Shown: in pieces, positions 14,547-26,534 of the stretch
Position numbering within the stretch: the stretch's first letter is position 1
Layout: each line of letters begins with the position of its first letter
Assembly: GCA_965285935.1 (NCBI GenBank)
Contig: OZ260661.1
Coordinates: 56,978,001-57,042,000, forward strand
DNA: 64,000 nucleotides
DNA from: Ophelia neglecta
Lineage: Eukaryota
Reading direction: 5' to 3'
The notes under the pieces: generated by a model
The model's database searches: none
Told to the model about the DNA's origin: nothing
What the model saw: only the letters and a program-made list of their open reading frames with translations
Program-made: the position numbers and the translations under genes

Positions 14547-14768
14547 CTGGCCAGCGATGGACAGGACATTCACTCAATGGTTCGGCGCCAGAACTCATAT
14601 CCTATCGAGACAAATATAGGCGAGTTCACTGATTGCAGGATCAAGTCGAAAAAGAAAGGCTGTCATTTTCAAACTCGAGATATCCCCTCTATTAATAAAT
14701 GGGGCATATGTATCCGATGACTGGTAGACAGTTTTAAGGCGAAGTGGAGCCTGTTCACTAGCCCCTAT

Positions 14769-15070
14769 TTGAAGAAGCAGTTTCCGTTAGGCTTCCTGTT
14801 TGAAGGAGAAGGCTGTTTGAAGAAGAAGGCTCCGATAGGCCTGCTGTTTGAAGGAGAAGCATCCGATAGGCCTGCTGTTTGAAGGAGAAGTCTCCTATGG
14901 GCCTGCTGTTTGAAGTAGAACGCTCCGTTAGGCCTGCTGTTTGAAGCAGAAGGCTTCGATAGGCCTGCTGTTTGAAGGAGAAGGCTCTGATAGGCTTGCT
15001 GTTTGAAGGAGAAGGCTCTAATAGGCTTGCTGTTTGAAGGAGAAGGCTCCGATAGGCCTGCTGTTTGAAG
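14769..15070 (+). repeat. 31-bp minisatellite, about 9 full copies plus one truncated unit
   Basis: Consensus TTTGAAGGAGAAGGCTCCGATAGGCCTGCTG is repeated head-to-tail with scattered substitutions. There is one 17-bp partial unit near 14800. Confidence 0.95.
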
Positions 15071-17531
15071 GCGCTAGTCGCAGTCGCTGATATGAGTGAG
15101 CTAATTCATGATAAACTCGAACATGTTTTTATTCCTAAAATATTCGATTGCCCTTCTTCTTCAAATTCATAATCGGGTTGACTAAATATAAAAGGAAGGG
15201 TGTGTGTTTGGGGGGTGGGTGGGAGTGGGGGAGGATTCTTCATTTGAATATTCTACATATACACATGTCTATTATTATGATTATATACATCTTTCCTTCA
15301 TTCCCATTTGGAATAGACTTTCATTTTCAGGATCGAAAAAAAGAGAGGCCACTAGTACTAGAGTGTAAAATGGAAATACATTCCTTTTTTGCGTGAAGAA
15401 AAAACATGCAAAAGTCAGGGTTTAAAACGTGTACCTCGTTCCGGAGCGCATAGTCCCAACTAATATATGTCCTGTGCACTATCGAAAAACAATCTCCCTC
15501 AATTAACAGACGGTCATTTGACACTGATTTGCATAGAATGTTCAAGGGAAATTCGTTATGGGAAACAATATGGTTCAGGCAGACAATGGGCATTAGGATA
15601 ATGCGTCCGAAGGGATTATTTAAGACGGTCTAGATGTCCCATAAAATATGGAATGTTTTGTTCCTTGGGTATATTTTTGCAGGTCACTCTCTCCTACTGT
15701 CAAGGGTATACTTGTTAAGAAATAACTATAGAAATGTATTTATCTAAATATTATAATAAATCGCTTTTTCACAAAAATGGTTACAAATAGGCGATATCAA
15801 CTTAATCCCGTGTATCAAAGGCCGAATTATTCCTAAAAACCACTAAAAGATAAACCATAAAAATGTTTCATACTATACCGCATTAAAGCTTGCACTTGAA
15901 GCCAGCGTGGACTCCGGCTGTTCACTAAGGTGCTTATAAACCACCTGCGCAATCTACAACTTTTCAAGATTTGATGAAATTGAAGAAAGGCAAATTGGGA
16001 CAATAACCCCATTTCCAAAATCAGTTCCTAGAGTTTTAAACTATATGTAATATAAAGGGAAAAGATAATTTGTAATTATTGCCCTATATTTTCACTGAAT
16101 GAACAGAAGTGATCTGCAATACGTTGATGTGTAATGCATCGTTGTGCTGTGACTTTTATTTATGGATCAGTAACAACCAGCCATCAAGGTAGCTGCTAGG
16201 AATCTATATCATGGCACTTCTGGGCTGATACATGCATGGTGCTCAATGTTTGATCAAGACGTCTTCGGCAAACAAACTGGCTCATGCTCATCGACTGTTC
16301 AGTAAACAGAGGTCATTTTTCGGCACTAAGGGACTGGACACATTGTTAAACCTGTCTAGGTTAACACTGATATATTGTTAGCAGCGGAAGAATGAACTTA
16401 AGAACGTTATATTTTAGGTCCGTCTTTAACATAAATTAAGGTATTTAGAGCATTTATATGGAGATTGGAGGATTATATTGCCAATTGCACAATGATCGTT
16501 AAAAGTTTTTTTTTGGTATTTCTCTCTATATACACTTTTTATTCAAGGTATTTGATTAAGTAGTTCTCATCCGGACATTAAGGGAAGCAAAATGAAAGTT
16601 ATTGAAGAATGTAGGCTACACAGAAAACAAAACTTACACGTTATTTACCGCAAATAACCTCTCTTAGAATGGTCCTTTTTGCATTATTTAAACAAGAAAG
16701 CAAAGGACAAAAGGGTCTCACCAGCAGTTTTTAATTCAATGACGGTAAAGGAGTGGCACATGGCCAATTGCGAATATTGAATTATATGATTCATTCTTTA
16801 TAAAAACAATTAAACACAAAAAAAACTGATAATGTCAAAAAATCGTAAACGTCAATGGAATTAAATTGTCTTCAATCGAATTAAATTAAGAAGAAACCAA
16901 GTGGATCCAATCAATGATTTAATCAGTGTAATGCCAGCCCCCGTCTGATGATATTTTGCCCGCCATTTTCTTTAAAAGGCTGCTTAGTGTAGTGTTTTAG
17001 TGTAGAAAAATTGAATTTAGTATGTGGCTCAGACTCTGAATGTAATGAATTTGATAAAATTGTGACAATGTTCACTTGGTTGTTTATAGATACAAAGGCA
17101 TGCGACAGTTTATAATTTGTAAATCGTTGTACAATACCTTAAGTTATTCACTCATACATACTATAAAGATGACTTTTTAACCAAATGCGATTCGTTTGTC
17201 TCCTCGCGACGTGTCTACACTCATGTCAAACATCATGATCAAATGATCAAAAGCCGCCTGCTATCAAATATTTAGCCATAAGTCAGTAATCTCTGGAGTC
17301 CTGTTGTATGCGAGAATCTACTCGAATTGGCGGTCGTTCATCTGCTGCTGATATCCATCTGATAAATATCGGTTCCTGGTCGAGTCGCCCTTACAGCGTA
17401 CAAGATTACACTGTTGACATCTTACTCTAGGGACAGTATGATAAACGTTCTTAATGGTTTAAATCATTCTTAATGCAATTTTGTTCAGAAAGACCACTAT
17501 ATCTTGTCTAAAAGTATCGGAATACACAATA

Positions 17532-17787
17532 TAGCGGACGCACCACCAGGAATTTAGGAATAAGAGGTGTTGGGGGGGGGGGGTTAAGAGGGTTCGTAGC
17601 TGGGTGAGGGGGGTTGGTTTAGGATGTGGGCGGTGGGAAACGGGAGAGGGGGATAAAAGAAAATGTTGGCGGCCAATTTTACTTTCTACCTAGGCTTCCG
17701 ACCTGCACTTTTTGGCACAAATTTATAAGTAAGGATGTCTGAGGAGCATAAATCTTCTACCCCCCCCCCCCCCCCCCCGCGCCCCTA
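17532..17787. mobile_element. Decayed small non-autonomous DNA element (MITE-like) with G-rich left and C-rich right ends
   Basis: Left end TAGCGGACGC...CCAGGAATTT...G12 (17572-17583). Right end C19 (17760-17778) followed by GCGCCCCTA. The termini are imperfectly inverted and no clear TSD is visible. Confidence 0.4.
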
Positions 17788-19539
17788 ATTATACTGTTAT
17801 TGTGCAAAAATTGATCTTTGCCTTCTTGCAATATTGTATCATTTATGTCTTGCAACCTGTCACTTTTCCCAGGGACAGGTAGCCTCTGCTTTCCTTTTAC
17901 AATTCCCAAGATGGCTACAAATTTAAAGCTCCAGCGGGTGAGTTATGCTTGTAAAAAATACAATCGCATTGCAATGGTTATGAGCAAACTCAATCCCCTA
18001 TGTCGTACATAATGGTGGCAGCGTGAAAGGTCATAACTCATCTAAATGCAATAATATTTTGCGTCTCATTTCAAGATTTATATCAATAAATTGAAGAAAA
18101 TCTATCGCTGCTGTCAAAACGGATGATTTTCAACTTGAACTATGCTCTGAAAACACTTAAAAATATTGTCTTTCACAATAAAACAACCCTTATAGAGAGA
18201 ATTATAGCGCATCATAATGTTTTTATGCAAAAAGCGTGGCCTACTCAAAACAAATGTAACCATTCCACGAAACATTCGTGTTTTTTAAGCTACTAAATCT
18301 CCATAAAGTATCGTATTCTTGGAAATAGGAACAGGTTATAAAATATTGTAATAAAGTGCAGTAATATAAAAATATAAGATATGTGATCATCAAAATGATA
18401 AAGCCTACATACTGCATTCTCAATTTATATGATAATCATGTAAGGCCAGATTATCAAATAATAAACACTGGTGAATCTAGTAAACGGTGAGAAGGAGGGG
18501 GGTGTCTGTTTCATTTGGGCGCTTTTTCCCATAAAGAATAGATATTGGGGCTAGACTTCTTTATGGTAGCACAGACATCTTTTCATTCAAGATGAATTCA
18601 TTTTTAAGTGCCAAGAATCCGAAAATTTAAATAGTGCGCAATTGTCTATTGACTGTACCAATTGTAACAATATTCAATGAAAACTGGCTTATATAACAAC
18701 AACATCTTTGTGATTGAATTAAACTGAAGATTACCAAAAAATCAGACGATCAGGCATAGGGCGTGTTCATGAACCATTTTTTGTCACTGGGCATGCGTGA
18801 CACAATTAGTCAATGGTTTCATTGCCGCCGCCGTGGTGGGTAAGAAATTAGGCACTGGAAAAAGCTTAGCTCGTCGTCTACACTGGTTCCTCTGAACGAG
18901 GGCTCGGTTTTCCATGACCTTAATATTAATAACAATGTCCAACACTGTTATTGTCTTTAAAATATTGTTGGGGGCAAAATGTAAAAAATCTACTGATATT
19001 TCGAAAACACGTGCACGTTTTTTGCCATTTCCCTTAATAAAACGGACCTTCTTAATTCACATCTCAATCAGAGAAGGATTTAAAAAATAAGTTATTTACT
19101 TTTCACGCTTTATACGGATCCGGAGGATGACAGATACCAACTAATTCAACGATACTTTAGCTGCCTAACGAAGCGTTTTAAAACTCCTCTTAATTTAAAG
19201 TTAAATTTAATATCTTTTATCCGTTTCAGTATGTTGAATTACATAGCCATTATTATATAAAGGCCTATATGCTTTATTATATAGAGTGCATGTAAACATA
19301 CGGTCGATTTGTTTATTTGATTAAAGAAACCTCCATGATATCGTGCTGACCATAAAATTAAGGGTGATTATTTAACAAAACGGCGAAGTCAACGCGAAAT
19401 TGAAGCTTTTTTAATACAATTTCTTATGTTAAGTCTCTCAGCTCCTCTTCAACAGCAAGCCTTATTACGTATTATACTAAAAGTAGAGCAACTGATGAAC
19501 ACACTCTCATCCCGTAGAACATGTCGGACGCGTCTTGCG

Positions 19540-19790
19540 CGTGCTTTTAGTGTTCAGCTAGTGTGCTACGGTGTTCTACGTGAGTTATGCAAGTGTACAC
19601 TAGGTGTTCATTAACGTCCCAAGTGTTCTATGGTGCATAAATTTAAAAAAATGGAACACACTGGACGCGCGCGTTTGTAATGTTGGGAACTAGGTGTTCT
19701 AGGGTGTTCTTCATGACGTCACTTGCACGCCCTATACGCATGGGCGTCCAAAACGCGAATGTGCTGCAAAAAGAACACCAGTGTTATTTT
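19540..19790. repeat. Left subterminal GTGTTC(TA) motif cluster of the CACTA-like element
   Basis: Multiple GTGTTC/GAACAC copies in both orientations next to the left TIR. Confidence 0.8.
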
Positions 19791-20169
19791 TTTCATGATA
19801 TTCACAACACGATTTTCTATTAAGGTAGGCCATATTATCTAGGCATATCAAAGGGGAAATATGCCTTTATAGGGCGGCCAAGCTTCAGGCATATGAAGAA
19901 GAATGTTCTGCGAATATAATGCACTGAATTGTTGCTGGAATATTGGGCTTGTTCATGTACACAGTATTGTATTCATTGTTTGTTGTCCTTTATTGTGTTA
20001 TAATGTGTGAAAAAAAGGTTTTATCTATAGATACAATAAACTTATTGAAAATGAAATTGGTAAACTAATGTTAGACTATTAATTAATGGTTAGAAGTAGT
20101 TCATGAAATGTGACTAAAATTTAGAAGACTAGTGTTCAATGGTTTGAACACGACTAAGGTGTTCTGATG

Positions 20170-20306
20170 ACCGGAACTTCCACGTGATCTCAGCGCAAAA
20201 TTGAAATAATAACAGAAAGCTGCTTGTCGTTGGCTGTGCCTTGGCGGCTCATTTTAGTCTGATTTCTGGATCTATTTGGAATCTGGATACTCAAGCTACG
20301 GTAAGT
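20170..20306 (+). promoter_or_regulatory. Putative internal promoter and non-coding first exon of the element's accessory gene
   Basis: CCGGAA (ETS-like) and CACGTGA (E-box) near 20171-20187, CATTTTAGTC at 20250-20259, and a consensus donor CG|GTAAGT at 20301. Confidence 0.45.
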
Positions 20307-20974
20307 AGATATACAGATTAATAAGATGTATAATAAAGGTCGGGAAAGGCTTAACTTTGATACTAAACTTAACTGAAATTTCGAAGCCCGGGCAAGTGCA
20401 ATGTCACCAGCTCATGCAGTTCACAAGATCGACCCCACACACAGGTCATGCAGTCATTCACGTTAGGCCTATCAGCTTATAGAAACTTATAATTTACAAA
20501 CACATGCCTACAATAATTTCCTGATAACTACTTTCTATATAGGCCTATTGGACACAAAAAAGCACAATTCTGCACATAGTCGATCGATGATCCCGCTCTC
20601 CCAGTCAACGAATTTTTAGAACACTGGTGTTCCATAAAATAGAACATGGATGTTCCGAGGCGCCCTCTGCTTTCCACCTAGATATGACCCGTTCAGTCTC
20701 TGCACGTACCAATCAGAATCGGATGTTTTGAACTATTATGGGATGGCAAAATGAAACGCGTGTGCTCATTCGTCAAATTATATGTAGGCCTATGCCAATA
20801 ATGCTGCTTGCGGCGAATAATTCGCTTGTTCAAAAACATCAGCTTTTAATTTTTGAGAGATATTTATCACCTAGTAAATGTCTGCATTCACCTCTGTATA
20901 TACTTGTTTTCTGGTATTTAGTCAAAAATATATAGTTAATGTGACTATAATATCGACTCCTTTGTTAATTTCAG

Positions 20975-21346
20975 ATTGCAGCCGATTCCGACGTGGAGAA
21001 AGTCTTGGCCAGCAGTCCAGATACAGCATTCCACCTAGTACTTATCGTTCCTGAGGTTCCTGAGGAAGAACTCCCCACGACCATCCAGGGCATGTTCATA
21101 GTGGGGAACGACACTAAGATCGCGGTCACCAACAACACAGCTTCCGACAGCGTTGCGACCGGTACTTTAAATTTGCTAGCCACATATTTCTTATTTGATA
21201 TTCACTATCCGCGTGCCTACTCACAAGTATTAGGCATGATCCAACGTTATATTATGCCAACAATTCCATATGCAGGGAAAAAAGATAAACGATGGAAATT
21301 TGCATTGAAGGAATTAATGGAACATAAGCCTAAAATAACTAACTAG
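20975..21346 (+). CDS. Terminal coding exon of a CACTA/EnSpm accessory protein (SAMD3-like C-terminal region)
   Basis: Acceptor TTTGTTAATTTCAG| at 20974, then a phase-0 open frame IAADSDVEK...LLATYFLFDIHYPRAYSQVLGMIQRYIM...KITN*. This matches the YYxFNLxYP...xxxIQxxxL motif I associate with animal EnSpm accessory/SAMD3-like proteins. AATAAA follows at ~21657. Confidence 0.6.
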   Translation: MAADSDVEKVLASSPDTAFHLVLIVPEVPEEELPTTIQGMFIVGNDTKIAVTNNTASDSVATGTLNLLATYFLFDIHYPRAYSQVLGMIQRYIMPTIPYAGKKDKRWKFALKELMEHKPKITN

Positions 21347-21769
21347 AATACATGTACTAGAAAATCAACATTCATGGGCTTATTGTAAACATTCTAAGGT
21401 GTTATTATACTATGAAATTATGTCATTGTTACAAAATTTTAGCAGTAGTAATTATCTCAGATGGCATAGTATTCACAGGTCATGATATTTAGTATTTAAT
21501 TGTCTCTATATATAATTCTTGGATTCTACCATTGTATATATGATACCTGTATGAAACAGCCTGTGTCCCACATTTTCATCGTCATAGTCATCCTTATACA
21601 GGATTATTGTTATCATTATTATTATTAATATATGTTAACACGTGCGCATTGATTGAAATAAATGATAACTATAGTTATATTTAAACTAACCACACTTCGT
21701 TCTTTATTCACAGATCATCTACATGTACATAGATTACTTAGCCCACTTTTTGGCAAGATTTGGAACGAA

Positions 21770-22272
21770 TGTGTTCTGAACGCATCTCAGGCGTTCTATG
21801 GTTTTAACATTTCAGAACACTCTATTTTTCAGAACATCTGAAGAACACCCACAAGTGTTCTCAATCTGATGCAATAGCACGCCTGTTTTCAGCAGCAGAA
21901 GTGTTCTAACCTGGGATATACGTGTTCTATGCAGAACACTATAGAACACATATAGAACACTTCTGCCATAGAACACAGGTGTTCTATTGTAACAGTTTGA
22001 GAACACTTTTGGGTGTTCTATGGTGTTCTAAAATAGGTAGTGTTCTGCGGTGTTCTATGGTGTTCTACCCAGAACATGAGTGTTCTTTACAGCGAACACC
22101 CGTGTTCTGTGCTGAACACTATAGAACAAATATAGAACACTGCTACCATAGAACGCATATGTTCTATTGTAACAGTTTGAGAACACTTTTGGGTGTTCTA
22201 TGGTGTTCTAGGTGTTCAATTTCTGTTACATTTAAGGTGTTCTAAATGGGCGTCTTTAGTGTTCTATAAGGC
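21770..22272. repeat. Right subterminal repeat array, including a ~110-bp direct repeat at 180-bp spacing
   Basis: Dense GTGTTCTA/TAGAACAC motifs. 21921-22030 and 22101-22210 are near-identical. Confidence 0.9.
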
Positions 22273-23398
22273 GTTCTACGGGATGAGAGTGAGTGCAACG
22301 AGTATATTAAAGGCACTTTAAAAAAGAAAAATCGCTATTATAAGGGTATTTTTGTCTTTTTTGCACATGACGAAGTATTCCAGGCATACCTGATTTCGTT
22401 CTTATATATATTAGATATGATCACAAAGCGGACATCCATTTAATAATGTAGATTTTACCGTTTGAGCACAATTCGACCATGGCAATCGTTTCAAATATGT
22501 AAGATACCAAGAAGCTTCCGGTAACAACATAATTATAACATAAAAATGAGCAAAAACGTGTCTGTCCTAGGGGTATTATTTTACCTACTAATTTTATGTA
22601 ATAAAGTAACATAAGGAATTTGTGAGAGGGAATTAAATGTATATAACTCGTATAACTCAATTCATTTAATGGTCCAAAGATAAGAAAATGTCAAAAAGAC
22701 GACTTTTCTTCACACTCAGTTCGCTTAAATTATCCGAACAGCCCGATAACCCGTTCAAGCAGATGTCAACTAGCTATGGTACCCCAGGTGATGATCAGAA
22801 AGCCCGTTGGGCCCACTAACATGAACTGTAGTCTTGGGCAATGACAATTTGACATAATGACAGTTTGCAACAAAAACGTGCTCAGAATATACATGGCTTA
22901 TCACAGTTTGCGTTAAAACTCCTCTGAGTAAAATAATGCTTACATAGTTCCAGCTATTGATATCCTAAATGTCCTTTATAATATATTAGCCCCTATCAAG
23001 ACGTGACTTTCTCACGCCAATATATCATATTTTGTTTGGTAACGAAAACAAGTATATGGGGCTCTTAAGAGCTAAGAGCGAAGAGAAGGGCATTCTTTGA
23101 ATCCAATAATATAACGATTATTTATTAAAAGTTTGGTGGTCGGACATCATATTGTTGTTAAAAGTTGTTATATTTCTTAATAATTATCTGGACAGTCAAG
23201 CATCCGATGAACTCCTCGCTCTATATGAGGTCGACATCGTTATTTTAACAGCGATTAGTGCTTAGCAACCCATCTCCTGAAATGTGTTACCAGTCCAGTC
23301 GACTCGACAGCCACATTCTATACATGCAAACTTGCCGTGATTTCGATTTTGACACGCCAACTCTAAAGCGTCATTGATGGAACCGCCTCCGTAGAAAC

Positions 23399-23522
23399 AA
23401 AAATATGGCGACTTAATCGCATTTGGAGCGAGTGTACAGTGCACAGCTGTGTGATGAATGACGGACAGTAATCCAAAATGTGTGTGGAGCAACTACCCAG
23501 CAGTAACCCAGTCACGTGACTG
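23399..23522. promoter_or_regulatory. Promoter-like motif pair: YY1-like AAAATATGGCG and 14-bp palindrome CAGTCACGTGACTG (E-box/CLEAR-like)
   Basis: Motifs are seen at ~23400-23411 and 23509-23522. Function is inferred only. Confidence 0.3.
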
Positions 23523-24281
23523 ACAATATCCCGTACAGGTAATTGTTTTCAATAGTGTACCAGTTACTTTTGGATATTGCCTTACGTTCCCATAGTTAGT
23601 TAATAGGCTTACTCGAATTTCACTGACTTTATGTCACGGCAATAAAACGGACTACCTTGTTATCATTCGATGGTATATAATTATATTTAACCGGCGGCTT
23701 TAAATGCAAAAGTTCGCGGGAACATGATATCGAGTTTCAAACATGGAATATATCAGTTACATGTATATGTGTTGTGTGTGCTGGACGTTTTTCCGATTCA
23801 TGACGTGCCTTAATGCCCATCAACAATGAATAACAAATACAAATACATCATATCAGAAAAAACGTCTGCGTGTTTGAAATCAATACAAAGGATGAAGGAT
23901 GGAGATCACAGAAGATTGCGTTCTCCGAAACTCATCCCACGTGACTCAGAGAATATCGGCTGGCATCGGATCTTCGACTTATAACGTAGGTTCAGAAAGG
24001 TTTATTTTTTACTTGTACGTCTTCACCCATTTTTTCTTCAGGGATTGGCCTTTTGCTCAAAACCAGGCCTTTGTGAGCATGAACCAAGTCAGGCCAGACG
24101 AATGCTATCATTCAAGGAATTGCTAGTGCCATCGTCAAACAGAATAGGGGCTGTGGGTTGTTCATCACATTTTAGGCTCCCATGTGTTGACTAGGGCTGC
24201 TGGAATTCTTTCGCAAAACAATGTAAGGTTATATCACCCCTTGGAGGACAATTAGTTTATTTTCTTTTAAATAATCACGAT

Positions 24282-24570
24282 TCATATCTAGGTGCATGTA
24301 AAGCCGGCGAATTTGTCATAATTGGGCTTTTATCACTAAAACGAAGACGATTTTGCTTGAGCCAAACACAACCGGTTGCATTGTCAAATATGGAGCCGAA
24401 CTATTTGGAAATCCGTTCTATTACATTGAATTCGTCCGTCGCAGGCAATCTAATCTCTGCCGCAAATTGCTGCATCTCATTGCCAATAAAACAATTGAAT
24501 AACTGGCGAATTTCACTTGAATTTTATGTCACCATTAAGCGCAGACAGACACGTAAAGTACCAATAAACA
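24282..24570 (+). mobile_element. Decayed non-LTR (LINE) ORF2 post-RT fragment
   Basis: SYLG..KA, then (frameshift) GCIVKYGAELFGNPFYYIEFVRRRQSNLCRKLLHL, then GEF...VKY. This follows the YLG...PILxYGxEIWG...IExVQxxFCKxIL...GELG...IKYW pattern of invertebrate LINEs. Confidence 0.55.
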
Positions 24571-26284
24571 CAGAAACATCAATCCTGTCATCGTAGCAAA
24601 AAAGAACAGCTATAATAAATCAGGTACCCTGCCTTATTTATAAAAAAAACCCTACAATTCTAGGCCCTAATGTCTCCATTTAATGAGTACATCGCTCTAG
24701 GAACGAATCAATGGGTGAAAATGTTAATTGAATTAGCAAACATTCATTTCTAGAAATATCGGCTCTAAAATACAACCCAAAACATATTGCAGGCAGTAAA
24801 CAAGAGATATGTGTATCTAGTCCATGGACAAATCCAAATAGACGAGAATGTTGAATACAGGTGTCTATTTCTAAAACAACCATAAAGTTTCACTTCTTTA
24901 AATAAAATCGTTTGTATCTACTGAAAATTAATACGTAAGGAATTTTACTTCCAATTCATCTAATATGATGCTCTGCTACCAATACAAATGAAGGATCACA
25001 CACCGCGTGGAAAGAATGAAAGCAATAGAGTCGGCGGACGTCTACCGTCATCTAGGTAGTTTAAACCTATCATCAGTTCGTAAAAGTATAACTACCAACG
25101 GATTTCACTTAACAATTACCATTGAATTGTGGGTGGTAAAGAATCGAAAGAAAATTAACCGTTGATGGAAACAAACGGCAAATAATCAAGATGTAAATAA
25201 TTCGATACAGGTATCTCTGGGAGATGGATTCGTCTGGTACCTGGAGAACGAAGGTAAATTTTCACTCTTTAATCAATCGTCCAATTATGTATCAAACTGA
25301 ATCTTAAAACTAGCAACTAACTAACAGGAATTCAAATGCATACACAATTATTTCAAGCGATGATTTTATTTATAAATTTGAGCTTCCTTTGACTGGAGAG
25401 AGAATGTACTCAAAGTATAACATAGACATAGACATAAACAGGTTATTTTAGCTGCTGTGAAAGAGTGGGATTGTCTGCCACCAGACTCATCGGTCTATTT
25501 TGTTTCCAACCCTTGGTGTACACAAGCACTTCCTATGAGCATTCTCGCTTATACACATTATTTGCAATTAATATTATATGAGTAGTCCTTTATGTTCCAG
25601 TTTAAGTATCGGAGCCTGTTAGAATTATAATGCATTGGTGGCTCTAATATGAGCGCCTATACATATACTTCCTCTACGAGATGCCGGCATTTTTTCCCGA
25701 AGCATCTCATATTATGTTTACATATTTCACATATTTATTACTTCGTCGTATTGTTGCTCTATTCAGCCGTATACCTTTTGGAAACACCTTCCTTAATTGT
25801 TCTAAAATGTTGCTTCCTTTTAATAAGTACAAATTATATATGAATATTAAGTTAGCAGCCGCTGCCTCCTCTCACCATTAAGGTGTACAGTATATGCTGA
25901 TAGATATTATCAATATGAGTCATGGTAACGCACAGGTTTAGACGCGTTTGTGACCTAAGGCTGACCACTGACATTCACATAACAGATACACTCTGTGTAC
26001 ATCAGCTGTCCTACTCATCACTACCTTGTCAAACAAACACTTATCTATGTGGTAATCTTTTTCCTTCACTGAAGACAGATTATGAGAAGATATACCAGTC
26101 TGATTCAGTCAATCAATAACACGTTGCAAATATTTCTAATGTTGGGAAATACTTAGTAACACACCCAGCCAGCAATCTTTTTCATTCAGTTTTAGCTTGG
26201 TCCCAATGCATTAATTGGGACTGCTTTTTGTGAATGAAAATAGGAGGAGAGGGATGAAGGACCAAACAACACAGCTAGCCTGCT

Positions 26285-26534
26285 ATTTGTTTGCTACCTG
26301 ATCTGGAAACAACAGATATAACAATGTTCCCGTTTCGGCGTAGGTATCAGGTCTGATCAACCCGGTGTCAATATTGTGTGACTGGGTGGGGATCCCTGTC
26401 TGGTGCCTACGGTAGGTACTCAGTGAGGCAGCACTAGCCTATAAAGAGGACATTGAGCCCATTCTCACAAGTAGGCACCGTGGCGATTTGACCATATAAG
26501 AGTTGAAGCCACGTAAAACCCCTAACAACATACA
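26285..26534 (+). mobile_element. 5'-truncated Meta/MESC-core SINE (mollusc-type)
   Basis: CCCGGTGTCAATATTGTGTGACTGGGTGGGG...TCTGGTG...TCAGTGAGGCAGCACTA...ACAAGTAGGCACCGT...GTTGAAGCCACGTAAAACCC followed by an AAC-rich tail closely follows my recollection of the Meta/MESC SINE body and 3' end. No tRNA head is visible. Confidence 0.7.

Larger units (their letters stand above)
19502..22295 (+). mobile_element. Non-autonomous CACTA/EnSpm (CMC)-type DNA transposon, internal-deletion derivative
   Basis: Perfect 19-bp TIRs CACTCTCATCCCGTAGAAC (19502-19520) and GTTCTACGGGATGAGAGTG (22273-22291). An extra AGTG extends the right end to 22295, giving a candidate 2-bp CA TSD (19500-19501, 22296-22297). 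Many GTGTTCTA/TAGAACAC subterminal repeats lie at both ends. No DDE transposase ORF is present. Confidence 0.85.

Noticed and set aside
14769-15070. CRISPR-like array (GTTTGAAG-containing repeats)
   Set aside because: The intervening parts are variants of one consensus rather than unique spacers. There are no cas genes and the context is eukaryotic.
16180-16305. RNLYHGTSGLI...QTG, reminiscent of LINE RT domain 3-4
   Set aside because: The diagnostic GVRQG..LSP motif is absent, so it is too weak to call.
21812-22245. ORFs of 64 and 107 aa with an internal peptide repeat
   Set aside because: They are translation by-products of the subterminal repeat array.
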